Shown here: positions 21,375-31,722 of the stretch, piece by piece
How positions within the stretch are numbered: position 1 is the stretch's first letter
How the letters are laid out: the number at the start of each line of letters is the position of its first letter
Assembly: GCA_028286905.1 (NCBI GenBank)
Contig: JAQBQP010000001.1
Location: forward strand, 143,114 to 207,113
Direction: 5' to 3'
Source of the DNA: Candidatus Doudnabacteria bacterium
Lineage (GTDB): Bacteria > Patescibacteriota > Doudnabacteria > UBA920 > VMFF01
Length of the DNA stretch: 64,000 nt
Notes under the pieces: model-generated
Told to the model about the DNA's origin: nothing
Database searches by the model: none
What the model saw: the letters and a program-made list of their open reading frames with translations, nothing else
Program-made: the position numbers and the translations under genes

Positions 21375-22602
21375 CACATTTATCCTTGCGATTAGCGCAT
21401 TAAGTCCTTTCAATTATGCAAAAGCGGCTCCAGCTACAGCCGCTTTTGTATTACACTCTTATAACAAAGACTATCCGATCAGCGCAAGCGATTTACAAAA
21501 TTGGCAAACTGCTTCGGGGCAGGGCGAAACATATGTTTCCTTCAGTCCAGAACAAGACCTAAACAGCTACGTTCTTAGCGAACTAGGCTTGCAAGATAAA
21601 GCATCAAGCCATCTTCATTTTGAGCAATATAACATCTCCTCTATATATAAAACTTTAAAGGCGATTGAAGCAGAAATTAACATCGATCCAGCAGATGCGA
21701 AGATGACAATTCAAAATGTTGATGGATTAGACCGGGTAACCGATTTTAACCCAGGAATAAATGGTGAGGATTTGGATGTTAAAAGTTCAATAAACAACAT
21801 CGTAACCGCCTTGTCTGAAAATAAAACTACTGCAAATCTAAACATTACCGAAACATTACCTTCAAAAACCTTGGCAACAACAAACAACCTTGGTATTAAT
21901 GAACTGGTTGCGTATGGTGAATCAAATTACTCCGGTTCTCCAAAAAACAGAATCTTTAATATCAAAGTTGGAGTTCAAAAAGAAGCTGGTATTTTAATTA
22001 AGCCTGGCGAAGAATTTTCTTTTAATAAATATCTTGGACCGGTGGATGGCGATCATGGCTTTCTTCCTGAACTAGTAATTAAGGGCGCCGAGGGAACGGT
22101 TCCAGAATTTGGTGGTGGCCTTTGCCAGGTTTCTTCAACAGTCTTTCGAGCGGCAATGAACGCAGGGCTGCCAATTACAGCCCGACGAAACCATTCTTAC
22201 GCCGTAAGCTACTACGCTCCCCAAGGAACTGATGCTACTATCTATCCGGGTGTTCAGGATATGAAATTTGTTAATGATTCTCCCGCGACTCTTTTGGTCT
22301 GGCCCGAACTATCCGATAAAAACATCTTGCGTTTCTATTTATACGGAACTAAAGATACTCGACAGGTAAGCTTCGATGGTCCGCACACTTTTGATAAACA
22401 AGCGAGCGGTGCGATGAAAGCGGTTTGGACCAGATTTATAACTTCCGCTGACGGCACTGTTAAAAAAGATGTCTTTAACAGCAACTACCAATCTCCTGCG
22501 TTATTCCATAAGACCACCACCGCGGAAAATCCTGTTCCGACAACTCCGCCATTAAATACCACTCCGATTACCAGTCCGCCACTTACGCCAATAACCCAAT
22601 AG
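21337..22602 (+). CDS. VanW-family protein with N-terminal signal/TM segment
   Basis: GGGLCQVSSTVFRAAMNAG is the VanW-domain core. The 5' end overlaps tsaE, so the true start may be later. Confidence 0.55.
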   Translation: MPRKFFRKILVVSTFILAISALSPFNYAKAAPATAAFVLHSYNKDYPISASDLQNWQTASGQGETYVSFSPEQDLNSYVLSELGLQDKASSHLHFEQYNISSIYKTLKAIEAEINIDPADAKMTIQNVDGLDRVTDFNPGINGEDLDVKSSINNIVTALSENKTTANLNITETLPSKTLATTNNLGINELVAYGESNYSGSPKNRIFNIKVGVQKEAGILIKPGEEFSFNKYLGPVDGDHGFLPELVIKGAEGTVPEFGGGLCQVSSTVFRAAMNAGLPITARRNHSYAVSYYAPQGTDATIYPGVQDMKFVNDSPATLLVWPELSDKNILRFYLYGTKDTRQVSFDGPHTFDKQASGAMKAVWTRFITSADGTVKKDVFNSNYQSPALFHKTTTAENPVPTTPPLNTTPITSPPLTPITQ

Positions 22603-22609
22603 CAAAATT

Positions 22610-23590
22610 ATGAAACTAGAACAAATTTACGAACTGAATATTGAGTGCGGCATCAGAAGCGATTTGCGCGGAGTACCCGCTGTAAAAAAACAGCTCGAAC
22701 GCGTTCGAATGCAATACCAAACTTTATCCAAAGAAGCTCAGGCAAATTTTGATACAGAGCTTTTAATCAATCCTTATACCGACTCTCGCTTACTCTATGG
22801 TGACTTGGATACAAATGTAAAAAAAGTTTTAGCTGGCATCGATATGCAAAGCGGTGAAGTTGCGATTGCTGATCGGATAGGCAATATTGATCTAATCATC
22901 GCCCACCATCCCGAAGGAAAATCTTTAGCAAAACTTGATGAACAAATGCATATCCAAGCGGAGATTTTAGCCGCTTATGGAGTACCAATTAACATCGCGC
23001 AAGGCGCGGTCAAGGAAAGAATTGCACAGGTTAGTAGGAAATTGCATGGGGAGAACACGGAACGAGCTGTAGACGCAGCAAGATTATTAGATATCCCCTA
23101 TCTGAACGCACACACTACTTGTGACAATCTTTCTGCATCTTTTATAAAAGATGCTTTGGATAAAGCAAAACCGCAATATGTCAGTGAAATTATGTCGGTG
23201 TTAAAATCTATTCCTGAATACCAGATTGCTGAAAAACAAGGTACCGGTCCAATGATCTTTGCCGGAGCACCTGGAAACTACTGTGGCAAAGTTGTGGTTA
23301 CAGAATTTACTGGTGGAACCAATGGCGCCAAACAAATGTACGAGAGAATGGCACACGCTGGGATTGGAACAATTATCAGCATGCATATTAGCGAGGAGCA
23401 CCGTAAAGAAGCCGAAAGTAACCATCTAAATGTTGTCGTTGCTGGACACATGAGCTCCGACTCGCTGGGCATGAATTTATTTCTAGATGAATTAGAGAAA
23501 CGCGGGGTGGAGATCATTCCAACCTCTGGCTTAATCAGAGTTTCCAGAAACAATTCCAAAAACAAAAAGACTAAAAAACTCCTCAAATAG
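22610..23590 (+). CDS. NIF3-family dinuclear metal centre protein (GTP cyclohydrolase 1 type 2 homologue)
   Basis: [10 protein letters not shown] and NAHTTCD motifs and a C-terminal AGHMSSD, resembling NIF3 conserved blocks. Confidence 0.45.
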   Translation: MKLEQIYELNIECGIRSDLRGVPAVKKQLERVRMQYQTLSKEAQANFDTELLINPYTDSRLLYGDLDTNVKKVLAGIDMQSGEVAIADRIGNIDLIIAHHPEGKSLAKLDEQMHIQAEILAAYGVPINIAQGAVKERIAQVSRKLHGENTERAVDAARLLDIPYLNAHTTCDNLSASFIKDALDKAKPQYVSEIMSVLKSIPEYQIAEKQGTGPMIFAGAPGNYCGKVVVTEFTGGTNGAKQMYERMAHAGIGTIISMHISEEHRKEAESNHLNVVVAGHMSSDSLGMNLFLDELEKRGVEIIPTSGLIRVSRNNSKNKKTKKLLK

Positions 23591-23607
23591 AGGAGTTTTT
23601 TTATTAT
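23572..23607 (+). terminator. intrinsic terminator (ctcctcaaatagaggag plus T-run)
   Basis: Seen in sequence. Confidence 0.55.
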
Positions 23608-23630
23608 TTTCGATCCTGTATACTAAAACC

Positions 23631-24683
23631 ATGATCTCCTCCTCTCAACCAAATCCTGAAATAGAAGCAGCTGAAGAAACCGACGAAGTCCTTTCTCCTT
23701 TGGCAAAAGATAACACTTTAGATTTACAGCTCCGCCCAAAAGAGCTAAGTGATTATGTTGGCCAAGAAAAAGTTAAAGAAAATTTAAACGTGCTGATTAA
23801 AGCTGCGAAGCAGCGCGGGGAAAACCTTGAACACACTTTATTCTACGGGCCTCCTGGTTTAGGTAAAACCACTTTGGCATACATTCTTGCTAACGAGATG
23901 GGTGTGAATATTAAAATCACTTCTGGACCATCAATAGAGCGCGGCGGCGATCTGGCTAGCATTCTTACAAATCTTGCCGAGAATGATATTTTATTTATTG
24001 ACGAAATTCATCGCTTAAATAAAAATGTTGAAGAGATTCTTTACCCGGCAATGGAAGAATTCGCTTTAGATCTAGTGCTTGGTAAAGGACCAGGGGCACG
24101 TTCAATGCGCTTAGCATTACCGAAGTTTACAATTATTGGCGCTACTACCCGAATGGGATTATTATCCGCGCCTTTAAGGGATCGTTTCGGAATGATTCAA
24201 CGCTTAGATTTCTACGAACAAGATGAAATCGAAAAAATTATTAAACGCAGCGCTAGGTTGTTAGAGTTGCACTGTGAAGACGAAGCAATTACAGAATTGG
24301 CAAAGCGTTCCAGATTTACTCCACGTATTTCCAACCGCTTATTGAAACGCGCTCGAGACTTTGCCCAAGTGCATGGCAATGGCAAGTTAACCGTCGAAAC
24401 AGTTCGCAATGCTTTGAACATGATGCAAATTGATGAAGTTGGCTTAGATAAAAACGATCTCCGAATTCTGGAAGCTTTAATAGAAAAGTTTGACGGCGGG
24501 CCGGTTGGATTAAAAACTCTAGCAATGTCTACTTCTGAAGAAGAAGATACAATTACTGATGTTTACGAACCTTATTTGCTACGCTTAGGATTTATTAAAA
24601 GAACTCCCAAAGGCAGGCAGGCAACCGATCTTGCCTACCGACATTTAGGCAAAGCCTCCCCAAAAGGAAATGTTTTGCTATAA
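23631..24683 (+). CDS. ruvB: Holliday junction DNA helicase RuvB
   Basis: [11 protein letters not shown] Walker A and the AAA+ RuvB layout. Confidence 0.9.
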   Translation: MISSSQPNPEIEAAEETDEVLSPLAKDNTLDLQLRPKELSDYVGQEKVKENLNVLIKAAKQRGENLEHTLFYGPPGLGKTTLAYILANEMGVNIKITSGPSIERGGDLASILTNLAENDILFIDEIHRLNKNVEEILYPAMEEFALDLVLGKGPGARSMRLALPKFTIIGATTRMGLLSAPLRDRFGMIQRLDFYEQDEIEKIIKRSARLLELHCEDEAITELAKRSRFTPRISNRLLKRARDFAQVHGNGKLTVETVRNALNMMQIDEVGLDKNDLRILEALIEKFDGGPVGLKTLAMSTSEEEDTITDVYEPYLLRLGFIKRTPKGRQATDLAYRHLGKASPKGNVLL

Positions 24684-24690
24684 TTAACTT

Positions 24691-24918
24691 ATGCAAAATA
24701 TAAACAGTTTTAATCCGACAAATTTAAATCAGTTAATCATGGGTGTAATTTTTTACGGTTTACTGATCCTGATTACATTTTTTAGCTTTTCTTGCATTTA
24801 TGTTTTAATGAAAAATGGTAGATCCAGAGGTCTGTCTTTTTTTGCAAGCCTTCTTTATTTAATGTTCTTTTTGACCCTAGTATCTCAAGGTGTTAGCCTA
24901 TTAAACCAAATCAAATAA
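24691..24918 (+). CDS. small membrane protein (2 TM)
   Basis: Hydrophobic 75 aa, tightly packed with the next gene. Confidence 0.3.
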   Translation: MQNINSFNPTNLNQLIMGVIFYGLLILITFFSFSCIYVLMKNGRSRGLSFFASLLYLMFFLTLVSQGVSLLNQIK

Positions 24919-24919
24919 C

Positions 24920-25450
24920 ATGCATCGACTATTCCCCGGCCAACAAGACGATGAAGAAATTGTTTTAGTTATTCGACAGCACTGGTTTTATTTATCTGCA
25001 AAAATATTATTATGGTTGGTATTTGTCGCGATTTTATTTGTTTTTGATTATTTTACTCCGATGTATATTCCTAGTTTGTTTCAGGGCGGAGCACTACCCT
25101 ATGTAAATTTAATGAAAAATATTTATTTAATGTTTTTGATCTTGGGCTTGTTTATGATTTGGATTATTCATTATTTAAATGTTTGGATTATCACCAACAA
25201 GCGCGTCGTCTGCGTTTTCCAAAAAGGGATATTTGAACAAAGAATCTCAGAACTAACTTTTCCAAACGTTGAAGATATCAGCAGCGACACCAATGGAATA
25301 TTTGGAACTTTTATGTCCTACGGCAACGTTGAAGTAGAAACCGCCGGAGAAAAAGAAAACTTTGTATTTGAAAATGTACCTAAGCCAAAAGATATTGAAC
25401 GATTGATATTTAACTTAATGGATAAACATCCCACTCGCGGAAATGTTTAG
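24920..25450 (+). CDS. membrane protein with bacterial PH (bPH_2/YdbT-like) domain
   Basis: Two TM helices followed by ...ITNKRVV...ETAGEKENFVFENV..., a pattern like bPH_2. Confidence 0.4.
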   Translation: MHRLFPGQQDDEEIVLVIRQHWFYLSAKILLWLVFVAILFVFDYFTPMYIPSLFQGGALPYVNLMKNIYLMFLILGLFMIWIIHYLNVWIITNKRVVCVFQKGIFEQRISELTFPNVEDISSDTNGIFGTFMSYGNVEVETAGEKENFVFENVPKPKDIERLIFNLMDKHPTRGNV

Positions 25451-25596
25451 CGAAAATTTAAACTATTAAATAAAAAAGACCCACCTGGGGTCCTGCCGAG
25501 GTAGTAATTTCTTATCCGCTGCTCACGGGCTGCAAATTCGCAGCGCCTAAGAAATTCTACACTCGTCACCCCTCGGTGGGTCTTTTGATATCTAGC

Positions 25597-25884
25597 TTAA
25601 ATTTCGCAAACGATTCTGTAGACTAATTGTCTGCCTAAGCATGCATTTAAAGCTTCGATCAATCTTTTTTGGTAAAGATTGATTTCATAAGCAAGCTCTC
25701 TCGTTAAACTGGCAATCTTTAAAACTCCTTTTTCAAATGCTAAAGCCATGGTTTTTTGCGCGGCATTTGGCATAAATTCCGAAATTACTTTTTCCCAGAT
25801 CGATAACAGCTGATACTGCTTAACTTTCTCGTCAATCTTATATTTCTTTATTGTGGAATTTAAAGTTTTATTGATTTTCTGCAT
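25597..25884 (-). CDS. DUF721-like small protein downstream of recF
   Basis: 95 aa. Positional and weak sequence resemblance to DUF721 proteins found after recF. Confidence 0.35.
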   Translation of the reverse strand: MQKINKTLNSTIKKYKIDEKVKQYQLLSIWEKVISEFMPNAAQKTMALAFEKGVLKIASLTRELAYEINLYQKRLIEALNACLGRQLVYRIVCEI

Positions 25885-25899
25885 ATTTATTTTGTTATT

Positions 25900-26976
25900 T
25901 TATTGGTTAACAAGCTGCTTTAGATTAACATGTTGAGCTTCCATTTCAATTGGCACGGTACTAGTGATAAAGGTTTGGAAGCGGCCTTTTAAATATTTTA
26001 GTAGGAAAACTCGACGATCTTCGTCCAATTCCGACAGCACATCGTCCAGCAGAAGTATCGGATGGTCATCACCATTCTTCAAGTATTCTAATTCTAGAAT
26101 TTTTAGCGACAATACTTGAGATCTTAGCTCTCCTCGAGAGGAAAACGGCGCAAGGTACAAACCCTCGCTCTTCAAGGTAAAGTCGTCTCTATGAGGTCCT
26201 ATTAGCGAACTAGCGCTATATATTTCACGCTGTTGATTATCAAATAGTAACTTTTTAAAGTTTGCTAGCGTTTCAATCTTTCCTTGACCGGGAATACTTT
26301 GGTATTCCACCTCGATTGGCCGAGCAAATCCGGATACTGCCGCATAAACTTCAGAGATCGCTTGATTCAGGTAATTTGTATATTCTCTACGGGCTTCAAT
26401 AATCTCTGTTCCAAACAGCGCCATTTGTTCGTTCCAGCTATGTAGTTCGTTCGGGGAGGACTTACCATTTCGAATATTTGCGAGCAGTTGATTTTTTTGA
26501 GTAACAATCTTTTTATAGTTATAAAGATTTTCTAAATAATCTGAACTCTTTTGAGACAGCAACACGTTTAGATATCTGCGGCGTTCTTCTGGAGATTTGT
26601 TCAACAGATCGACATGAGTCGGATCAAATATTACTGCGGCAATATAACTTTCTAATTGCTTTTTAGTTTTTCGAACACCGTCTAATCGGAAGTTCGCAAA
26701 AATCTTACCTCGGTTTTCTAAAAATATTTCGATCGTGTGCTCTCGGCCTTCTTTTTCAATTGTCGCTTTGATTTCCAAATTAAAGGCGCCCTTCAAAAAC
26801 AGATAGTTAGACGCGTCTCTAAATGATTTAAACAAAGAGAGGAAATAGATTGATTCAAGCAGGTTCGTCTTGCCTGTGGCGTTCGGTCCATGGAAGACAA
26901 TTACATCGCTATTGAAGTCCAAATTTAAATCCTGGTGGTTACGAAAATTCTTTAAACTGATGTTCTTTACTTTCAT
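25900..26976 (-). CDS. recF: DNA replication and repair protein RecF
   Basis: GPNATGKTNLLESI Walker A, SMC-like signature. dnaA-dnaN-recF synteny. Confidence 0.9.
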   Translation of the reverse strand: MKVKNISLKNFRNHQDLNLDFNSDVIVFHGPNATGKTNLLESIYFLSLFKSFRDASNYLFLKGAFNLEIKATIEKEGREHTIEIFLENRGKIFANFRLDGVRKTKKQLESYIAAVIFDPTHVDLLNKSPEERRRYLNVLLSQKSSDYLENLYNYKKIVTQKNQLLANIRNGKSSPNELHSWNEQMALFGTEIIEARREYTNYLNQAISEVYAAVSGFARPIEVEYQSIPGQGKIETLANFKKLLFDNQQREIYSASSLIGPHRDDFTLKSEGLYLAPFSSRGELRSQVLSLKILELEYLKNGDDHPILLLDDVLSELDEDRRVFLLKYLKGRFQTFITSTVPIEMEAQHVNLKQLVNQ

Positions 26977-26985
26977 TTTTCTCCT

Positions 26986-28080
26986 TTAGATCTTTATCGG
27001 CATAACCAGATAAACATATCCCGGCAGGTCTCGACTCATTAATAGCGCGGGAGAATTTTCATTAATGATTTGGAAGGTTACATTCTTAGTACCAATTGTA
27101 GACAAGCAGTCCAGGATGTATCGGTGGTTGAAAATAATTTTTCCGGACTGACCGGTTACCTTACAAGGAATATTCAACTTACTTTCTCCAAGATCTCCAG
27201 AAGACGAACTGATTGTCAGCTTATCAGGCTCTTCAAACTCCAAAGTTACATTGTTTCCAGTCTGGGTAAAAATTCCAGCGGTACGCATTGCAGTACTTAA
27301 TTGATCTGCAGCCAAATCTATTTCTGTATTAAAGGTTTGCGGTACAATCTGTTTGTAATCTGGGTATTGTCCATCAATTAAACGTGAGGTTAGTTCTGTT
27401 TCTTCGGTCTTAAACATTATTTGGTTTTGACTAAAGAAAATCTGAGCAACATCACTGTCGCCATTTCCCAATATTTTTGCTAGCTCTTGCACGGCTTTGT
27501 TTGGAATAATCAAACTTTTAACGACTGAGTTTTTTATAGTTAAAGCTTTTTCTGCTAATCGATACCGGTCGGTAGCCGCCATCTTTAACAAACCTTCTTC
27601 GAAATTAAACAGTATTCCCGAGATTTCTGGCTGAGTTTCACTGTAAGCTGCTGCAAATGCTGTCTGGCTTATAGCGGTTTTAAGCTCTTTGCTTTTTACC
27701 TCAATTGGATTCTGTTCTTCGATTTGCGGGATCAAAGGAAATTCATCTGGAGCCAAACCCTTAATCTTTGTTTGATAATTACTAGTTTCAATTAACAAAT
27801 GATTGTTTTCAGTTGTTAAAGTAACATTGTCATTTGGTAGATTATTTATTAGATCTACAAATGTTTTTGCTGGTACAGAAATTCCACCCTGTTCGTCTAC
27901 CTTACATCTAATCCAAGTATTAACGCCCATTTCTAAATTAGTTGATGAAAGTTTTAATCCACCTTGGTCGGTCTTAATTAAGACATTATTTAAAACTGGT
28001 AAGGTTGTACTTCCATTAGAAACTCTGGATGTTATTCCTAAACCTCGTTTTAAGTTTTCCTGTGTGCAGATTACTTTCAT
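26986..28080 (-). CDS. dnaN: DNA polymerase III beta sliding clamp
   Basis: 364 aa in three-domain clamp layout, immediately downstream of dnaA. Confidence 0.9.
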   Translation of the reverse strand: MKVICTQENLKRGLGITSRVSNGSTTLPVLNNVLIKTDQGGLKLSSTNLEMGVNTWIRCKVDEQGGISVPAKTFVDLINNLPNDNVTLTTENNHLLIETSNYQTKIKGLAPDEFPLIPQIEEQNPIEVKSKELKTAISQTAFAAAYSETQPEISGILFNFEEGLLKMAATDRYRLAEKALTIKNSVVKSLIIPNKAVQELAKILGNGDSDVAQIFFSQNQIMFKTEETELTSRLIDGQYPDYKQIVPQTFNTEIDLAADQLSTAMRTAGIFTQTGNNVTLEFEEPDKLTISSSSGDLGESKLNIPCKVTGQSGKIIFNHRYILDCLSTIGTKNVTFQIINENSPALLMSRDLPGYVYLVMPIKI

Positions 28081-28345
28081 ATTATATTATGTTATTAAAC
28101 TTTAAATATTTAATAGTAGTAGTAAGTGTTGTTAATTTAGTGGATTACTTTCTTTGTTCTGCCAGGTGCTCATTTTTTACGCTTTTTTGTTTGCGCTGTA
28201 AGGGGATATCTGTGTGTACAAGCTGCGTTCATTTTTCAATTTTTTTACTTCCCGCTTAGGCATCGAATGCTTGTCCCCCAGTTATGAACAAGTTAGCGTT
28301 TTATAAACGTGCAACCTTCACTACTCTACCAGCAACTTACCAACA
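28081..28345. promoter_or_regulatory. candidate oriC segment (dnaA-dnaN spacer): AT-rich DUE-like stretch 28081-28135 and DnaA-box-like 9-mers
   Basis: TTATGAACA at 28282-28290. tagtggatta at 28136-28146. Shares ttgtcccc and ttagcgtttt motifs with the dnaA-upstream spacer. Confidence 0.4.
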
Positions 28346-29689
28346 CTACATGTACAGCTTGTTAACAATTAAATCTAACTCTTGCTTCAATGATTCTTTT
28401 TCAAGCAGCAGTTTAGAGATTTTATCTACCGCATGCATTACGGTGGTGTGGTCTCTTCCGCCAAAATGTTCTCCGATGCTTGGAAAAGAATTTTCTAATT
28501 CCTCGCGCATCAAGTACATTGCAATCTGTCTAGGTTTAACAAATTCTTTACGGCGAGACTGTCTTAGCAAATCATCTAATGTAATATTATAAAAATCGGC
28601 AACGACTTCCATTAATTTTTTAACAGAGATAACTCTTTTCTTCGCAGAAGCGACCCCGACTAATACGGCTTTAACTTGCTCTATAGTTGGACGGGTGTTG
28701 TTTAGTTGGCAATAGACCATTAAACGATTTAAAGCCCCTTCTAGCTCTCTGATATTGCTCTGAATGGTCTCCGCGATATAAGTTAGGACATTAGTATCAA
28801 CGTCATAATTCTTTTCAAGTGCCTTCGCTTTAAGAATTGCTAGTCTTGTTTCAAAATCCGGTGCTTGAATATCAGCAATCATACCCCATTCAAAACGAGA
28901 AACTAATCTTTCTTCAATTGCTGGGATATCTTTGGGTAGGCGATCAGAAGAAAGGATAACTTGTTTATTATTCTGATGCAGAGTATTAAAGGTATGGAAA
29001 AATTCTTCTTGGGTTTGTTCCTTGCCTGCTAAGAACTGAATGTCATCAATCATCAAAACATCGATTCCGCGATACAATTCTTTGAATTGAGCAACACGAC
29101 CTAAGCTTATTGACTGCACAAATTCATTAGTAAATTTTTCACTTGTGACATACATTACTTTTGCGGACGGATTAAATTTTAAAACCTCGTGTCCGATTGC
29201 CTGCATTAAATGAGTTTTGCCCAATCCTACTCCCCCATATAAAAACAAAGGGTTGTAAACCATGCCCGGTTTTTTTGAAACTGCATTACATGCAGCGTAG
29301 GCAAGTTCATTCCCTTTCCCAACGATAAAAGTCTCAAAAGTGTACTTTGGATTTAACCCAGTATTGGTAGTATTTTGTACTACACGGGTTCCTTGGGCAA
29401 CTTTATTTTGCGCTTCGTTTTGCTGAGGCTTTGGGGTTCCAGATGAGGATACGATTTGGTATTTAACTTCTTTAACTTCTGGCGCAATCATTCTTAATGC
29501 TTTAAGAATGTCAGTATTATATTTGTTTTGAAGCCATTCTTTAGTAAATGAGTTCGGTACGCTAACTACAATGTTGTCATCGTTTTTCTCTAAAATAGCT
29601 GTATTTTTGAACCAAGTTGTGAAGTTAGCTTTGCTCAAAGTTACTTCCAAATTACCCAAAATCGCTTGCCAGAGTTGTTGGTTAGTCAT
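28346..29689 (-). CDS. dnaA: chromosomal replication initiator protein DnaA
   Basis: AAA+ GGVGLGKTHL, C-terminal DNA-binding helix-turn-helix. SD GGGGA 9 nt before ATG. Confidence 0.95.
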   Translation of the reverse strand: MTNQQLWQAILGNLEVTLSKANFTTWFKNTAILEKNDDNIVVSVPNSFTKEWLQNKYNTDILKALRMIAPEVKEVKYQIVSSSGTPKPQQNEAQNKVAQGTRVVQNTTNTGLNPKYTFETFIVGKGNELAYAACNAVSKKPGMVYNPLFLYGGVGLGKTHLMQAIGHEVLKFNPSAKVMYVTSEKFTNEFVQSISLGRVAQFKELYRGIDVLMIDDIQFLAGKEQTQEEFFHTFNTLHQNNKQVILSSDRLPKDIPAIEERLVSRFEWGMIADIQAPDFETRLAILKAKALEKNYDVDTNVLTYIAETIQSNIRELEGALNRLMVYCQLNNTRPTIEQVKAVLVGVASAKKRVISVKKLMEVVADFYNITLDDLLRQSRRKEFVKPRQIAMYLMREELENSFPSIGEHFGGRDHTTVMHAVDKISKLLLEKESLKQELDLIVNKLYM

Positions 29690-29920
29690 ATTCAGATTGT
29701 CCCCAATTTCAAAAAGTTTTTATTTACTTAGCTATTCTAACAAGTAGTTATCAACATGTAAAATTAGCGTTTTTGTTGTAAAAACTTCATCAAGTCTTCA
29801 TAAATGTTCATATAGTGTTCATAACTTGAGGACATCTTTTTGCAGCAATTTTACTGCTTGCCAAAAGCTTACTTTTAAGGTACAATCTGAAAGTAATTTT
29901 GAGTATTTAATTTTAAATCA
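29690..29920. promoter_or_regulatory. candidate oriC segment / dnaA promoter region (dnaA-rpmH spacer)
   Basis: DnaA-box-like TTATCAACA (29748-29756), TGTTCATAT (29806-29814) and TGTTCATAA (29816-29824, the reverse complement of TTATGAACA). AT-rich stretch 29880-29920. Confidence 0.4.
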
Positions 29921-30061
29921 ATGAAACGAACGTATCAGCCAAAAGTAAAAAAGCGCGCTCGAAGACACGGTTTTAGAAAGCGCATGCAGACCAAGAGTGG
30001 TCGCAATGTTTTGGCCTCCAGAAGAGCGAAGGGTCGAAAGAAATTAACAGTAGCTGGCTAG
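29921..30061 (+). CDS. rpmH: 50S ribosomal protein L34
   Basis: [46 protein letters not shown]. Below the ORF-track length cutoff. Confidence 0.85.
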   Translation: MKRTYQPKVKKRARRHGFRKRMQTKSGRNVLASRRAKGRKKLTVAG

Positions 30062-30065
30062 CTAA

Positions 30066-30398
30066 ATGTTAAAAAAAACTAATCGAATAAATAAAACCAG
30101 GGATCTTCAAAAGGTTTATCGCAGCGGTAAAACATTGCATACACCTGCCCTGGTTATTAAATTTGTTAGCGGTGCAAAGACCAGAGTGGGTATGGTCGTT
30201 TCGAAGAAGGTTTCCAAAAAAGCCGTTGAACGGAATCGAATTAAGCGCGCACTTCGAGAAAAAATGCGCAACGGTTTGCCTTCCCTGGCACCAGGCGATT
30301 ATATGCTAGTTGCCAAACCAACCGCAGCAAGCTATAAAGGTAAAGAGCTCTCCGATCAGCTTCAGGCTTCATTGGTAAGAGCTGGGTTGTGGAAATAG
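30066..30398 (+). CDS. rnpA: ribonuclease P protein component
   Basis: 110-aa basic protein directly after rpmH, at the canonical position. Confidence 0.85.
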   Translation: MLKKTNRINKTRDLQKVYRSGKTLHTPALVIKFVSGAKTRVGMVVSKKVSKKAVERNRIKRALREKMRNGLPSLAPGDYMLVAKPTAASYKGKELSDQLQASLVRAGLWK

Positions 30399-30468
30399 CA
30401 TAAAAACGATCAATTTTTGGCTAATATAAGCCAATTAAATAAACTAATAGCATTAAAAGCAAATTAAA

Positions 30469-31170
30469 ATGGGAAACTTTTTCTTTCTAATTCTGATCCA
30501 ACCAATCCTAAACCTTTTGGTTTTGATGTACCGTTACATTCCAGATATTGGTGTTGTTATTATCTTGTTAACAATCGTGATTCGATTGTTACTAATGCCT
30601 TCCTTCCACAAATCTTTGAAGGCGCAAAAGAAAATGACCGCCTTGCAACCTTTATTAAACGAGGTAAGAGAAAAACATAAGAATGATAAAGAGAAGCAAG
30701 CTAAAGCAATAATGGATCTTTATAAGGAACAGAAGGTCAGCCCATTCGGTTCGCTGCTTCCCTTGCTTATTCAGTTGCCCTTGCTAATCGCTTTATACAA
30801 AGTATTCATCTTGGGGTTAGGTGGAAAAGATCTTCAACAATATCTCTACCCATTTGTGCATAATCCCGGCACGCTTAATCCATACTTCCTGCATTTCTTA
30901 AACTTGGCAAAACCTAATATTTTTATGGGTATAATTGCTGGCGCGGCTCAATTTATTCAGTCTAAGATGATGATTCCGCCGCCAAGCAAAAGCAATGATG
31001 CTACTGCAAATGCTTTAGCGGTTCAAACAGTATATATTTTGCCGTTGTTAACAGTGTTTATCTCTCTACGGCTACCTGCCGGGTTACCGCTGTACTGGCT
31101 AGTAACAACCTTATTTGCTGTCGGTCAACAATACTATATAATAAAAACTAATAAAGTAGTCACTCAGTAA
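30469..31170 (+). CDS. yidC: membrane protein insertase YidC (short form)
   Basis: Multi-TM protein in the conserved rpmH-rnpA-yidC order. Confidence 0.8.
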   Translation: MGNFFFLILIQPILNLLVLMYRYIPDIGVVIILLTIVIRLLLMPSFHKSLKAQKKMTALQPLLNEVREKHKNDKEKQAKAIMDLYKEQKVSPFGSLLPLLIQLPLLIALYKVFILGLGGKDLQQYLYPFVHNPGTLNPYFLHFLNLAKPNIFMGIIAGAAQFIQSKMMIPPPSKSNDATANALAVQTVYILPLLTVFISLRLPAGLPLYWLVTTLFAVGQQYYIIKTNKVVTQ

Positions 31171-31173
31171 TTT

Positions 31174-31659
31174 ATGAACGATTTTAACGAACAATCTGAT
31201 AAAAAAGATTTTAGCGAAGAAATCGCCGTTATAATTGAAAGTATATTAAAACAGATGGGTGTTGAGGCACGTGTTAGTATCGAGAAAAATATTAATGGTA
31301 ACAGCTTCAATATTATTTCGCATGACTCTCATCTGCTGATTGGTCAGCGCGGTGCAAACTTATATGCTCTGCAAACCTTGGCGCACAATATGGCGTATAA
31401 GAAGTTTGGGATGATCGACCGCTTCACAGTAGATGTTGATGACTACAAGAAGAAACGAGAATGGTATTTGCGAGAAACGGCTAAAAAGGCTTTGGAACAC
31501 ATGAAAAAAACAGGCAGGCCGGTAATGTTAGAGCCGATGCCCGCACACGATCGCCGAGTAATTCACGCTTTCCTTTCCGCAGACTTTGATTACGAAACCG
31601 AAAGTCGGGGCGAAGAACCTAACCGAAGGATTGTTATAAAACCTAAAGAGAAGATATAA
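31174..31659 (+). CDS. Jag/KhpB RNA-binding protein (KH + R3H)
   Basis: C-terminal R3H-like PMPAHDRRVIHAF. Position after yidC. Confidence 0.7.
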   Translation: MNDFNEQSDKKDFSEEIAVIIESILKQMGVEARVSIEKNINGNSFNIISHDSHLLIGQRGANLYALQTLAHNMAYKKFGMIDRFTVDVDDYKKKREWYLRETAKKALEHMKKTGRPVMLEPMPAHDRRVIHAFLSADFDYETESRGEEPNRRIVIKPKEKI

Positions 31660-31690
31660 AAAATCACCGGAAGGTGATTTTTTGTTAACT
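31660..31690 (+). terminator. intrinsic terminator (atcaccggaaggtgatttttt)
   Basis: Seen in sequence. Confidence 0.6.
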
Positions 31691-31722
31691 TCAACGTTGA
31701 GTAATAAGTATATTTTTGGTTT

